A DNA stretch of 64,000 bases from an uncultured Alphaproteobacteria bacterium (GCA_963747835.1 CAVVGO010000003.1:138818-202817), one strand, 5' to 3'. Numbered from the stretch's first letter, positions 24,400-35,133 are shown. The notes: a model not told the origin generated them from the sequence alone. Translations and numbers: made by a program.

Positions 24400-24615
24400 G
24401 AACGCCGAGGGGCACGATCCGCCCTGTCCGGTCCGGATCGCTTCCGCCACGTTTCAGGACGCGCCCATTTCACGACCGATGCGCTCGGCGGAGCGCTCTT
24501 CGTTTCAACTTGAAATGATGCCGCTCGCGCGCGGGCTGCACGCCGCCTTGCGGCACTTGCGTGATGCCGGCCCGCCCTCTAACCAACACGCGGCAAGTCA
24601 AAGAGGGAGGTCATC

Positions 24616-25741
24616 ATGGGGTCCGGCGTCGGCATCCGCCAGGTCGGCTATTTCGATTGCGCCGGCGGCGGACAGGTCGTGGTCGACGGCACCGTCGCGT
24701 ATGTGGGGCATATGCGCAGCCCGCACGGCACCTCGATCGTCGATGTCGCCGACCCCAAGAACCCGAAGGAACTCGCAACGCTCGGCATGCCGCCGGGCGC
24801 ACACTCCCACAAGGTGCGGGTCGGCAACGGACTGATGGTGGTCAATCACGAGGTCAATCACGCCGACACAGGGCCGCTGGCGGCCGAATTTCGCGGCGGG
24901 CTCGGCATCTACGACATCAGCACGCCGCGCACGCCCCGCCTCGTCAAGCGCTGGGAGACGGTCGGGTCGGGCGTGCATCGCTTCGACTTCGACGGCCGCT
25001 ACGCCTACATGTCGCCGACACTCGAAGGCTATGTCGGCAACGTCGCCATGATCATGGACTTCAAGGATCCCGGCCCATCCGGCGGAGGTCGGCCGCTGGT
25101 GGATGCCGGGGCAGTGGATCGGCGGCGGCGAAAAGCCGACCTGGGACAAGACCGCGCATCGCTGCCACCATCCGCTGCGGCTCGGCAACCGGCTCTACAC
25201 GAGCTATTGGCTCGGCGGCTTCGTGATCCTCGACATCGACGACATGACGAAGCCGAAGCTGGTGTCGGGCCTCGACTGGTCGCCGCCGTTCGCGTGCCCG
25301 ACCCACACGGCGCTGCCGATTCCGTTCGACATTCGCGGCCGCCGCTACATCCTGGTGGCGGACGAGGACGTGCAGCGTCCGGTCGAGGCGATGCCGGCAT
25401 TCCTGTGGATCGTGGACGTGACCGACGAACGGCGCCCGGTTCCGGTCGGCAGCTTCCAGGTCGACGGCATCGAAGGCAAGCCGCAGCATCCCGCCATGAC
25501 GGGCTGCCATCAGCCCTGCGAGAAGGTCACCGGGACCGAAATTCCCTGCGCCTGGTTCGCCCAGGGGCTGCGGGTGGTCGACATTTCCAATCCGCATGCG
25601 CTCCGCGAAGTCGCGCATTTCATGCCCGACGCGCCGGCCGGCTCCGACCGGGTGCAGAGCAACGACGTCACCGTGGACGACCGCGGACTGATTTATTTGC
25701 TGGACCGGGTGCGCGGGCTGACAATTCTGGAGCGGGTGTAG
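24616..25741 (+). CDS. LVIVD-repeat beta-propeller protein, with one +1 break at 25069-25072
   Basis: Repeated LVIVD-type blades: GTSIVDVADPKNPKEL, GGLGIYDISTPRTPRLV, GFVILDIDDMTKPKLV, GLRVVDISNPHALREV, GLTILE. ORF 24616 reads ...MIMDFKDP and ORF 25103 continues AHPAEVGRWWMPGQWIGGGEKPTW... Confidence 0.7.
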
Positions 25742-26009
25742 GCTTGCTCAAAAAACCGACGCGTCATCCTGCGCCTGCGGCGCCGGTGTCACGCACCCTT
25801 CGGGCGCCAAGTGCGTCGGCTCATGCCGCCATGGGTGAAATGATGCTGGAGATTGATGATCCGTTGGTCCATGATTCCCTCCTCTGCTTTTCCACACGAA
25901 GGTTCAACCCTCAGCCGCTTCCCCACATCGCGACACGATACCGCGACAGCGCTCCGCCGAGGCGTCATTGCGGCGTGGCTTGCGGGGCCTGTTTGATTGC
26001 GAGGTCAAC

Positions 26010-26432
26010 ATGAAGTTCTGCCGTCCGAGAAGCTGGTTGTTCCGAACGGCGCACGTTGTAGCGGGCATCGTCGCGCTGATAAGCGCGGCGCCGGGTGCGT
26101 TCGCCCAGTCGTTTCCGTTTGGCCGCGAGCTCGTGCTCGACGTCAATCCGATGCGCGGCTCAAAGAAGGTGCCGGTCCTCGATATCGGCGACCGCGGCTC
26201 CGCCGAGATCGAACTGTGGTGCAACAGCGTCAAGGCACAACTCGTCGTCGCGGCCAACACCATCACGATCATCACCGGCGAAATGTCGTCGCGCCAATGC
26301 GCGCCCGAGGTCGTCCGCGCCGACGAGGATTTGCTGGCGGCGCTCAACCAGGTAACCGGTTGGCGGATGGAAAATTCCGCGCTTGTGCTCAGCGGCTCGC
26401 GAACGCTGCGGTTTCGGGTGCAGACGAATTAG
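26010..26432 (+). CDS. Exported hypothetical protein, META/HslJ-like by pattern only
   Basis: GAGG SD. Signal peptide MKFCRPRSWLFRTAHVVAGIVALISAAPGAFA-QS. The pattern ...IELWCNSVKAQLVV...TGEMSSRQCAPEVVRADEDLLAALNQVTGWRMENSALVLSG...LRF resembles META-domain spacing. Confidence 0.55.
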   Translation: MKFCRPRSWLFRTAHVVAGIVALISAAPGAFAQSFPFGRELVLDVNPMRGSKKVPVLDIGDRGSAEIELWCNSVKAQLVVAANTITIITGEMSSRQCAPEVVRADEDLLAALNQVTGWRMENSALVLSGSRTLRFRVQTN

Positions 26433-28023
26433 TTTCCGCCAGGATGCGGCCGGCCGCGTCGTCGCCGGCCTTGATGGCGCCGGTGAAGCCACCGAAGCCG
26501 GCGAATGCCGACGCCAGATAAAGCCCGGGGATCGCGGTCCTCACCGAGCGATCGACGCCTCGCCAGATCGGCCCCGACGGCGGCAGCGGCGCGAAGCCGT
26601 AAATCGCGCCAGCCGGAGTGCCGAGATAGCTGTTCATGGAATGCGCCGTGTTGAAGACCGAGGCGACGATATGGCTCGCGAAGCCCGGAAACTCCCGGTC
26701 GATCGCGGCCACAATGGCGTCGCGCCAGCTGTTGCGCTTGGCCGCCTCGGCGTCCTGGTCGAGGCCGGTCCAGTTGGCAAGCCGGTCGGGACCGACCACG
26801 GAAACCGGATATGGCGGTCCGCCGAGGCCGGAGTCGATCGCGGAGAAATCCACCACCGTCATGACCGGTACGTCATCGCTCGGCGGCTTGCCGAGCAGTG
26901 CGGCGCTACGCCCGTGATCGGACAGCCTGCGCATCCAGGCCGGCAACAAGAAATTCGCGTAGGCCCGCATGCCGAGCTCAGACGGCCGCACCGAGAGCCC
27001 ATAGGTCGCCGAAAACACCGACATCGACAGCTTGCGCGCCGCGTAGGTCGCCGCGAAGGCCGCCCGAACCGGTTCGGGCAACATGGTGGCGATCACGGAG
27101 GGTGCCGCGTTGGCGATGATGACGGGAGCCGTGTGCTCGATCGGATTGTCGCCGCGACGGTCGGTGTGGGTTACGCCGGTGGCGCGGTGATTGCGATCGA
27201 GACGGATCGCGACCGCCCTGCGCCGCACCTGGACGTCCCCGCCGGCGGTCTTGACGGCGCGGGCGAGCGCACTCGACAAGCGCTGCGAGCCGCCGCGGAT
27301 GAAGCGTCCGCCCGAGCCGAGGTAGCCGCCCTGGGCGAGCGCGAAGAACACCCACCACAACGTATCGGGGTCGTCGTGGTAGTAGAGGAGATTGGCGGCG
27401 AGCGCGCATTTGACCGCCTCATCGTCGCCGAATGCGCGCGCGAACACCTCGCTGAGCGAGCGTCGCCAATCGCGCACCAAGGGCGACAGCTTGAGGAGCG
27501 CGGCGGCGCCCCCGCGCGGATCGCGAAATGCCTCGCGCCCGCGACTGAGCACGCCGAGCCCGGTCGCGATCCGCTCGGCATCGTGGAGTATCGCTTCGAT
27601 TCCGGCGCGGGCGGATGGAAAGCGCGCCTGCAGCGCATCGCGGGCAGCCGCAAACCCTTCCGGCAGCATGAAAGGCGCGCCGACCGGGCCGCCGCGGACT
27701 TCATAGAGCCCGTCGGTCGGCACCCATTCCACGGCGTCGAGAACTCCGGCCCGCGCCAGCACGTGATACTTGGGATCGACCGGATCGCGCGCGTTGCTCG
27801 TCTCGTGCAGCGCCGCCTCGATCACGAGGTCGCCGGCCTTGTAGGTGGAGGCGGCGCCGCCGACCGAGTTGCTGCGTTCGAGAACGAGCGTCCGGCGTCC
27901 GGCGCGGGCCAGCAGCGCGGCCGCCGTCAGGCCGCCGAGACCCGATCCGATCACGATGACGTCGTAGCTGTCGGACAAAAAAATTACACCGTCGTGCCTG
28001 GTCGGCAGATGTCGGCAGGCCAC
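26389..28023 (-). CDS. FAD-dependent oxidoreductase of the phytoene-desaturase (CrtI-like) family
   Basis: YDVIVIGSGLGGLTAAALLARAGRRTLVLERSNSVGGAASTY dinucleotide-binding fold and a C-terminal ...GLYLASAFAGFGGFTGA. The true start may be the TTG at 27978 (MSDSYDVIVIGSG). Confidence 0.85.
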   Translation of the reverse strand: MACRHLPTRHDGVIFLSDSYDVIVIGSGLGGLTAAALLARAGRRTLVLERSNSVGGAASTYKAGDLVIEAALHETSNARDPVDPKYHVLARAGVLDAVEWVPTDGLYEVRGGPVGAPFMLPEGFAAARDALQARFPSARAGIEAILHDAERIATGLGVLSRGREAFRDPRGGAAALLKLSPLVRDWRRSLSEVFARAFGDDEAVKCALAANLLYYHDDPDTLWWVFFALAQGGYLGSGGRFIRGGSQRLSSALARAVKTAGGDVQVRRRAVAIRLDRNHRATGVTHTDRRGDNPIEHTAPVIIANAAPSVIATMLPEPVRAAFAATYAARKLSMSVFSATYGLSVRPSELGMRAYANFLLPAWMRRLSDHGRSAALLGKPPSDDVPVMTVVDFSAIDSGLGGPPYPVSVVGPDRLANWTGLDQDAEAAKRNSWRDAIVAAIDREFPGFASHIVASVFNTAHSMNSYLGTPAGAIYGFAPLPPSGPIWRGVDRSVRTAIPGLYLASAFAGFGGFTGAIKAGDDAAGRILAETNSSAPETAAFASR

Positions 28024-28065
28024 GCGTTCTTGCCGCCGGGCCGCCTCATGTCAAACCGCGATGCG

Positions 28066-28091
28066 AAAAAAGGGCGGCCTTTCGGCCGCCC
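28066..28091 (-). terminator. Rho-independent terminator after groEL
   Basis: Minus strand reads GGGCGGCC-GAAA-GGCCGCCC followed by TTTTTT, about 40 nt past the groEL stop. Confidence 0.85.
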
Positions 28092-28131
28092 TCCCGATTC
28101 GCATTGGTTTGTTCCAGGCGAACAGACTTCT

Positions 28132-29793
<1,662 letters not shown>

Positions 29794-29826
29794 TTATTGC
29801 TCCTGTTGGTGAGGCCGTTGCGGCCG

Positions 29827-30123
29827 TCAGGCGATCACGCCCATGATGTCGGATTCCTTCATGATCAGGAGGTCCTCGCCGTCGAGCTTCACCTCGGTGC
29901 CGGACCATTTGCCGAACAGCACCTTGTCGCCGACCTTGAGGTCGATCGGAATGAGCTTGCCGGCTTCGTCGCGGCCGCCCGGGCCGACAGCCGTGATCTC
30001 GCCCTGCGAGGGCTTTTCCTTGGCGGTGTCCGGGATGATGATGCCGCCGGCAGTCTTCTCCTCGGCATTGGTGCGCTTCACGACTACCCGATCGTGCAGG
30101 GGACGGAACTTGGTTTTCGCCAT
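29827..30123 (-). CDS. groS: Co-chaperonin GroES
   Basis: [43 protein letters not shown]... Confidence 0.97.
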   Translation of the reverse strand: MAKTKFRPLHDRVVVKRTNAEEKTAGGIIIPDTAKEKPSQGEITAVGPGGRDEAGKLIPIDLKVGDKVLFGKWSGTEVKLDGEDLLIMKESDIMGVIA

Positions 30124-30201
30124 GATGACCTCGTCGCCGCCTGGAAGGCGGACTATGGGGATTGCAATCGGAACGGAAGATTTCGGACCGAAACGGGGCT
30201 G

Positions 30202-30228
30202 CTAGCACTCGATTGGCCGGAGTGCCAA
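30202..30228 (-). promoter_or_regulatory. CIRCE element (HrcA operator) upstream of groES
   Basis: CTAGCACTC-N9-GAGTGCCAA compared with the consensus TTAGCACTC-N9-GAGTGCTAA, about 80 nt upstream of the groES ATG. Confidence 0.8.
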
Positions 30229-30242
30229 AGCCCGCCGGAGAT

Positions 30243-30656
30243 ATGGCTTGGCGCCGGGGCTGTCAAGCGCCGGAGCGCCGGCGTCTGGCGGACTTACTCA
30301 CCGGTCTTTGCCGCCCTCGGCGACGAGACGCGGTCATCGCTTGTCGCCAAACTTTGCGGGAGGTCGTGCAATCGATCTCGCGACTGGCGGAGGGTCTCAC
30401 GCGACAAGCGATCAGCGAGCATCTTCGCGTGCTCCAAAATGCCGGGATCGAAGAAAGCCCGCGGGCAGGGCGCGAGAGCCGGTACAAGTTCAAGCCGAAA
30501 CCCATCGACGGCGTCGGAAGCTACCTGGACCAGGTATCCATGCAATGGGACGGCGCATTGGTTCGGTTGAAGACGTTGGTCGAAGACCGACCAATCGCCG
30601 CTTGGACCGCGGGTCAAGATTGGAACCGGCATCGCACCGGAGCGACGCGACCATAA
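30243..30656 (+). CDS. ArsR/SmtB-family wHTH regulator (the subtype usually paired with SRPBCC/Aha1 genes); the N-terminal helix is encoded in a different frame
   Basis: Frame 0 is open from the ATG at 30243 and gives SISRLAEGLTRQAISEHLRVLQNAGIEESPRAGRESRYKFKP...QWDGALVRLKTLVED. The diagnostic preceding helix SPVFAALGDETRSSLVAKLCG is read only in frame 1 (about 30290-30357). Confidence 0.55.
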   Translation: MAWRRGCQAPERRRLADLLTGLCRPRRRDAVIACRQTLREVVQSISRLAEGLTRQAISEHLRVLQNAGIEESPRAGRESRYKFKPKPIDGVGSYLDQVSMQWDGALVRLKTLVEDRPIAAWTAGQDWNRHRTGATRP

Positions 30657-31055
30657 AGTCTGCGTAAACAGTTTGGCTCCGACCGGCGCCGGGAGGTTCT
30701 TTCGATGCCCTGGCGCCGAGCGGCCTCCATCCTTGTATCATATTGAAGAATAACACTTAACATCGAGAGCTCTTGATTTTGTCGTCCGGCCGCTCGAGCC
30801 GCAGGTGAAAGAACACCGCTGTTCCTTTGTCATTAACTTATGATATTGTGGTTATACAAATTTAATGCAACCCAGCCGCTGATCTGCAACCGGACTGGGA
30901 TTCCTTGGGTGGGAGCGAACCTTAGCGGCCGGATGGGGGGTCTAAGCCATTCCGAGATTCACGACAGAGGAGCGCTTCTGCGCGTCACCCACAAAGGCGA
31001 CGTCCGGGGTGCGGTCACTGAGGACGTTTCCTTCCGCCGCCATGTGGAGAGAGAC

Positions 31056-32387
31056 ATGGAACCCAAGTTGACGGACGAGCGCCTGAAAAATTGGCCGAAC
31101 GCGAACCAGCCCGCGCGCGAGCGGTTGTGCTTGGCGCTGTTGACTTTCGATTCGCGATTTGAAAATCCACGGCCTCGACGCCCAAGCGGACCGGATGGGG
31201 CGCGCGACATCGAGGTTGTCTTTCGTGGCATCGAAACATGGGGTTCGGTTGGATTCAGGGATGATGCGGACGACTCCGAGGATGACAAGAAGTGGACCAA
31301 GCGGAAGTTCAAGGATGACGTACTGGCAGCTCTGGCCGAGAAGCCGGACCTGACGTCGTTTGTCTTTCTCACCAATGTGGAGCTCACGCCCGGCGAGTTG
31401 AATGAAATGGGGACTTACGCGGGCAGGCAAGGGATTCGGCAGTCTGAAATACTGGGTAGAGAACGGTTGCGTATTTTGTTGGATGGCGCCGCAGGGCTCG
31501 GATTGAGATATCGATACCTCAACATTCCCCTGTCCGAAGCCGAGCAGGCCGCCTTCTTTGAGCGCTTTGGTCCGCAACTTGAGCGGCTGATGCTCAATCA
31601 ATTCGATCACGTCGATGAGCGGCTTGCTCGCATCGAGTTCTTGCACGCTTGCGCCAGGCCATTAACGGGCATTGAAATTGTCATAGCGCTGAAGCGGCGG
31701 TACAGCCCCGCGGAGTTGGGTCATTTTCGCGTGCTGTGTGGGCTCATCAACGTGCACGAATTGGAGCCGCATCCGACTTTGTGGATCGGATGCCGGGATG
31801 CGTACAGCGATGGTCCCGATAGCCGGGCGAAGCCCCGGAAATTCGGCTGCAATTCGTTGGTGTGGTCCAGCAATCCCGATGGCGCGATACTGTCCGCGGT
31901 TTCGGGGACGACGCAAACCTCCGCACATGAGTTGAGGGCGGGCGGGTCTCTGCAGAAGCGTCGTCCATATCCCACGTTGGCCGCGATGGATGAAAGCACG
32001 ATGTGGGTTTTTGTTACGCGTCCGCTATTCGAGCAGATCCAGACCATCGGATTGGTGGCCCAGGGCTACGTCCTTACCGCCGCGAATGTGGAAGACCTGG
32101 AGGCTGAAGACACCACCCCCTTGGTGGCGTGGCCGGAACCTCTGACTGAGAATGAGACAAAAATTCCGTGGGTCCTTCTTCAAGCCAAGCGCGAACCCGG
32201 CTCGGCGCCTTGGACTTGGCCGCGGAGCTGGTCATTGGACTTCTCCAAATTCACGCCCCGTCGAACGACGACGGCCGCGCTATCGGACAGGCGCGACGGA
32301 CCGCCAGTTCCGCGCGCTTACGATTCGCCGTCGGCCGTGCCCGCGGTACCCGCGGTCGGTCGATTGCAGTTGATCGATGATCTATAG
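31056..32387 (+). CDS. Orphan 443-aa protein with a possible Mrr-like PD-(D/E)xK N-terminal module and an unrecognised C-terminal 290 aa
   Basis: Longest ORF in a visibly AT-richer 1.7-kb insert. The ATG at 31056 is preceded by GGAGAG. N-terminus: ERLCLALL...PSGPDGARDIEVVFRGIETWGSVGF...FVFLTNVELTPGE...ILGRERLRILL. The ORF track starts 72 codons earlier (30840), which I do not favour. Confidence 0.6.
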   Translation: MEPKLTDERLKNWPNANQPARERLCLALLTFDSRFENPRPRRPSGPDGARDIEVVFRGIETWGSVGFRDDADDSEDDKKWTKRKFKDDVLAALAEKPDLTSFVFLTNVELTPGELNEMGTYAGRQGIRQSEILGRERLRILLDGAAGLGLRYRYLNIPLSEAEQAAFFERFGPQLERLMLNQFDHVDERLARIEFLHACARPLTGIEIVIALKRRYSPAELGHFRVLCGLINVHELEPHPTLWIGCRDAYSDGPDSRAKPRKFGCNSLVWSSNPDGAILSAVSGTTQTSAHELRAGGSLQKRRPYPTLAAMDESTMWVFVTRPLFEQIQTIGLVAQGYVLTAANVEDLEAEDTTPLVAWPEPLTENETKIPWVLLQAKREPGSAPWTWPRSWSLDFSKFTPRRTTTAALSDRRDGPPVPRAYDSPSAVPAVPAVGRLQLIDDL

Positions 32388-32397
32388 AAACCGATCG

Positions 32398-33435
32398 CTA
32401 GCGCGCCAAGAGCTTCATCGCCCGATCGTAATATCCGAGGTCGACATACCGCTCCGGCATCGCCGCTTCCGTATCGGGCTTGCGCTCGATCTCGGCCCGC
32501 AGCGCCAGCATGTTCCTGAAGCCTTCGACCTCGAACCTCGCATCGGGTGTGAAGCCGGACGCCGGGATGAGCAGTAGGTCGTAGGTTCGTTGCGCGACCT
32601 TGCGATCGAGCTTGAGCGCTTCGACCAGCAAGTCGATCGCCTCGGCGCGGTGATCGGGGTCGCGGATCCAACGCACTGCCTCGACATAGGCGGCAAGATA
32701 ACGCTCAAGCACCGCGGCGTTGTCGCGTGCCCACGGTCGCATCACGAATGCACCGACGGCCTGGTAAGGTCCGAGCAGATCGACGAGACCGCCGAGACTC
32801 TTCAAGCCCCTCGCCTCGGCTTCCACCGTGAACGGCAGATTGAGAATGCCGGCCGCATTGCTGCGGTCCTCGATCATCGCCTTGTAGCGGAACGCCACCG
32901 CGCCGACCGGCTTGACCGCGTAGTCGGCGCCGTCGCGCAGCCCATGTTGCAACAGCAACTTCTTAGCCTGCAGTGCGTAAGCGGTGTCGGGGGCATCAAC
33001 CACGATGGTCTTGCCCTTGAGATCGGCGAACGACGCGATGTCGGCCTGCACGAAGAACTCGTTCATGCCGCTGTCGCCGCCCGATACGATGACCACGTCG
33101 CGCCTGGCGACCTCGATCATGGCGACTGCGTTGTCGAGAGCCCCATGGGCGATCTGGAATCGGCCGGCCGCAAGGCCGTCGCGCTGGCTCTGCGAGCTTT
33201 CGGTTTTTTCGAGTTCCACCGCGAGGCCGTATTTGGCGAACAAGCCCTTGGCGATCCCTACGTAGACCGGCATGGCCTTGGCGTTCGGAAACGTGTTGAC
33301 GCGAAGCGTCGTCATCTCGGCGGCCCGCGCCGGCGTGGCCGGCCCGCCCGGCGCCCAAGTGTCGACGCATAGCCCGGCGACACATAGCCCGGCCACCCAT
33401 AGAGCGGCTGCCAGCGATTTGACCGGGATCGGCAT
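32398..33435 (-). CDS. ABC transporter substrate-binding protein, NMT1/THI5-like (nitrate/sulfonate/bicarbonate type)
   Basis: Signal peptide MPIPVKSLAAALWVAGLCVAGLCV, then LRVNTFPNAKAMPVYVGIAKGLFAKYGLAVELEKTESSQSQRDGLAAGRFQIAHGALDNAV... Confidence 0.85.
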   Translation of the reverse strand: MPIPVKSLAAALWVAGLCVAGLCVDTWAPGGPATPARAAEMTTLRVNTFPNAKAMPVYVGIAKGLFAKYGLAVELEKTESSQSQRDGLAAGRFQIAHGALDNAVAMIEVARRDVVIVSGGDSGMNEFFVQADIASFADLKGKTIVVDAPDTAYALQAKKLLLQHGLRDGADYAVKPVGAVAFRYKAMIEDRSNAAGILNLPFTVEAEARGLKSLGGLVDLLGPYQAVGAFVMRPWARDNAAVLERYLAAYVEAVRWIRDPDHRAEAIDLLVEALKLDRKVAQRTYDLLLIPASGFTPDARFEVEGFRNMLALRAEIERKPDTEAAMPERYVDLGYYDRAMKLLAR

Positions 33436-33501
33436 TTGACACCTCCGTATTTCGGGCCGTACGACCACGATACCATCTCAGGACCGGTGTGGAGGGGACG
33501 A

Positions 33502-34116
33502 ATGCGAGCGATCAGTCTCGACGAAGCGGTGACGATGATCAACGGATGCTTCGCGGCCGCCAAGCAGCACAAGCTGCGCCCGCTGACGGCCGTGGTCCTC
33601 GATGCCGGCGGCCGCCTCAAGGCAGCGCTCAAACAGGATGGCTGTGCCATGCTGCGGTTCGAGATCGCCTACGGCAAGGCTTACGCGGCCCTGTCGATGG
33701 GACGGCCGTCGCGGCTCGTATTGCAGAAGCAGCGCGAGAAGCCTGTCTTCATGGATAACCTGCTGGAGCTTGCCGACGGTCCGATGTTCCTGGAGGCAGG
33801 CGGGCAACTCGTCCGCGACGCGGCCGGCGAAGTGATCGGCGCCATCGGGGTCACCGGCGACGCCGGCGAAATGGACGACGTCTGTGCGGTGGCGGGAATC
33901 CACGCCTGCGGCCATAAAACTTGCTCGGACTTTACCGATCCTGAAATCATTCGCGCTATCAACGTTAAGGAATTGGTGCCGCAACCGGCGAATCGCGGTA
34001 AGCTTCGATTGCCGGGCGGCACTTTGGTGCAATGCAATATGGTATCCCGTGCCGTGCGCCTGTGCGCCAGCGCGGGCGGGTGCTCTTGCGCTCGCCCCAA
34101 AGGCCACGCAGAGTGA
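33502..34116 (+). CDS. GlcG/HbpS-like (DUF336) heme-binding protein with an atypical AT-rich C-terminal extension
   Basis: GGAGG SD. MRAISLDEAVTMINGCFAAAKQHKLRPLTAVVLDAGGRLKAALKQDG...FEIAYGKAYAALSMG...GEVIGAIGVTGDAGEMDDVCAVAGI. The family usually ends about 10 aa after this point, and an out-of-frame TAA lies at 33915-33917. Confidence 0.7.
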   Translation: MRAISLDEAVTMINGCFAAAKQHKLRPLTAVVLDAGGRLKAALKQDGCAMLRFEIAYGKAYAALSMGRPSRLVLQKQREKPVFMDNLLELADGPMFLEAGGQLVRDAAGEVIGAIGVTGDAGEMDDVCAVAGIHACGHKTCSDFTDPEIIRAINVKELVPQPANRGKLRLPGGTLVQCNMVSRAVRLCASAGGCSCARPKGHAE

Positions 34117-34145
34117 CCGTCATGCGTACCGAGGAGACCATCCCG

Positions 34146-34724
34146 ATGGTTCGTGTGCCTCGTAATTCATTGTTCCTGGTCGCCATTCCGGCCGGCTTGC
34201 TGCTGCTCGGCGGCTGCGCGTCCTTCAACCTCAACAGCTTCAGCAATCCGTTTTCATCATCCCCGTCCGCGCCGCCGCCGCCCTCGGCGCCGGCGGGTCC
34301 CGTGATACCGCCGAGCCTGCGCGCCGAGGACATCGTCGGGCGGTGGGGGCTCGCGTCCTACCATCGCGAGCAAGACCGTGCCCGCACCGCGGAGGCCGCG
34401 CGCGGACAATGCAGCCAAGCCTACGTGATCAACCGCTCGCCCAGCGGCGGCGTCATGATGCTGGGCCACGACAACCCGGCGGTCCAGGACATGAACCTCA
34501 AGGGCAGCGTCGAGGGTAAAAACTATATCGGCCCCGGACCCGATCCAGGCCGGCGCGGACGACCGCGAACTGGTCAGTTTCGACGGGCGCATCCTGATCC
34601 TCAAATGGGTCGACCCGGAAATTGCCGGCCGCTACGGCAACATGGTTCTGGTCCGCTGCGGTCCCGAGGGTGCCGCGCGCACCGCGCGTGCCAAGAAGCC
34701 GCCGGCGCCCCACCGGCGCAATGA
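34146..34724 (+). pseudogene. Lipoprotein of unknown function with two compensating frame breaks
   Basis: MVRVPRNSLFLVAIPAGLLLLGGC lipobox, a proline-rich linker, then ...LKGSVEGKNYIGP (frame 0) / DPIQAGADDRELVSFDGRILILKWVDPEIAGRYGNMVLVRCGPEGAARTARAKKPPAP (frame 1). It returns to frame 0 for a stop that overlaps the arsC ATG (ATGA at 34721-34724). Confidence 0.5.
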
Positions 34725-35068
34725 CCGTCACCATTTGGCACAACCCGAAATGCGCGACGTCGCGCAAGGTGCTGGGCATCATTCGGGCGGCGGGTATCGA
34801 ACCAAGCATCGTGGAATACGTGAAGGTGCCGCCCAGCGTCGCGGCCATCAAGGCGGCGCTGAAGGCGATGGGCATTTCGCCGCGCGATCTGCTGCGCCGT
34901 CGCGGTACTCCCTATGATGCGCTCGGTCTCGACGACCCCAAGCTCACCGACGCCGCACTGATCGCCGCCATGCACGACGAGCCGATCCTGATCGAGCGAC
35001 CGGTCGTGCTGTCGCCAAAGGGTGCACGGCTGTGCCGGCCTCCCGAGCGGGTGCACGAAATCCTGTAA
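34721..35068 (+). CDS. arsC: Arsenate reductase, glutaredoxin-coupled (R773 ArsC type)
   Basis: MTVTIWHNPKCATSRKVLGIIRAAGIEPSIVEYVKVPPS...LLRRRGTPYDALGLDDPKLTDAALIAAMHDEPILIERPVVLSPKGARLCRPPERVHEIL aligns along its whole length with E. coli ArsC as I remember it. Confidence 0.9.
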   Translation: MTVTIWHNPKCATSRKVLGIIRAAGIEPSIVEYVKVPPSVAAIKAALKAMGISPRDLLRRRGTPYDALGLDDPKLTDAALIAAMHDEPILIERPVVLSPKGARLCRPPERVHEIL

Positions 35069-35104
35069 ACGCTGCGACAGGCGACATTCGCAAAAGACAA
35101 AGGC

Positions 35105-35133
35105 TTGACACAAGATAGGAATAGGCCTACATT
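35105..35133 (+). promoter_or_regulatory. Sigma70-like promoter TTGACA-N17-TACATT carrying the core ATAGGAATAGGCCTA (copy 2)
   Basis: Read directly. The 15-nt core at 35115-35129 is identical to 24070-24084, in the same orientation and in nearly the same position relative to the TTGACA. Confidence 0.4.

Noticed and set aside
30840-31055. 72-codon N-terminal extension of the orphan ORF (MILWLYKFNATQPL...)
   Set aside because: The extension starts in very AT-rich promoter-like DNA without an SD, whereas the ATG at 31056 has a GGAGAG at the right distance. The extension has no recognisable features.
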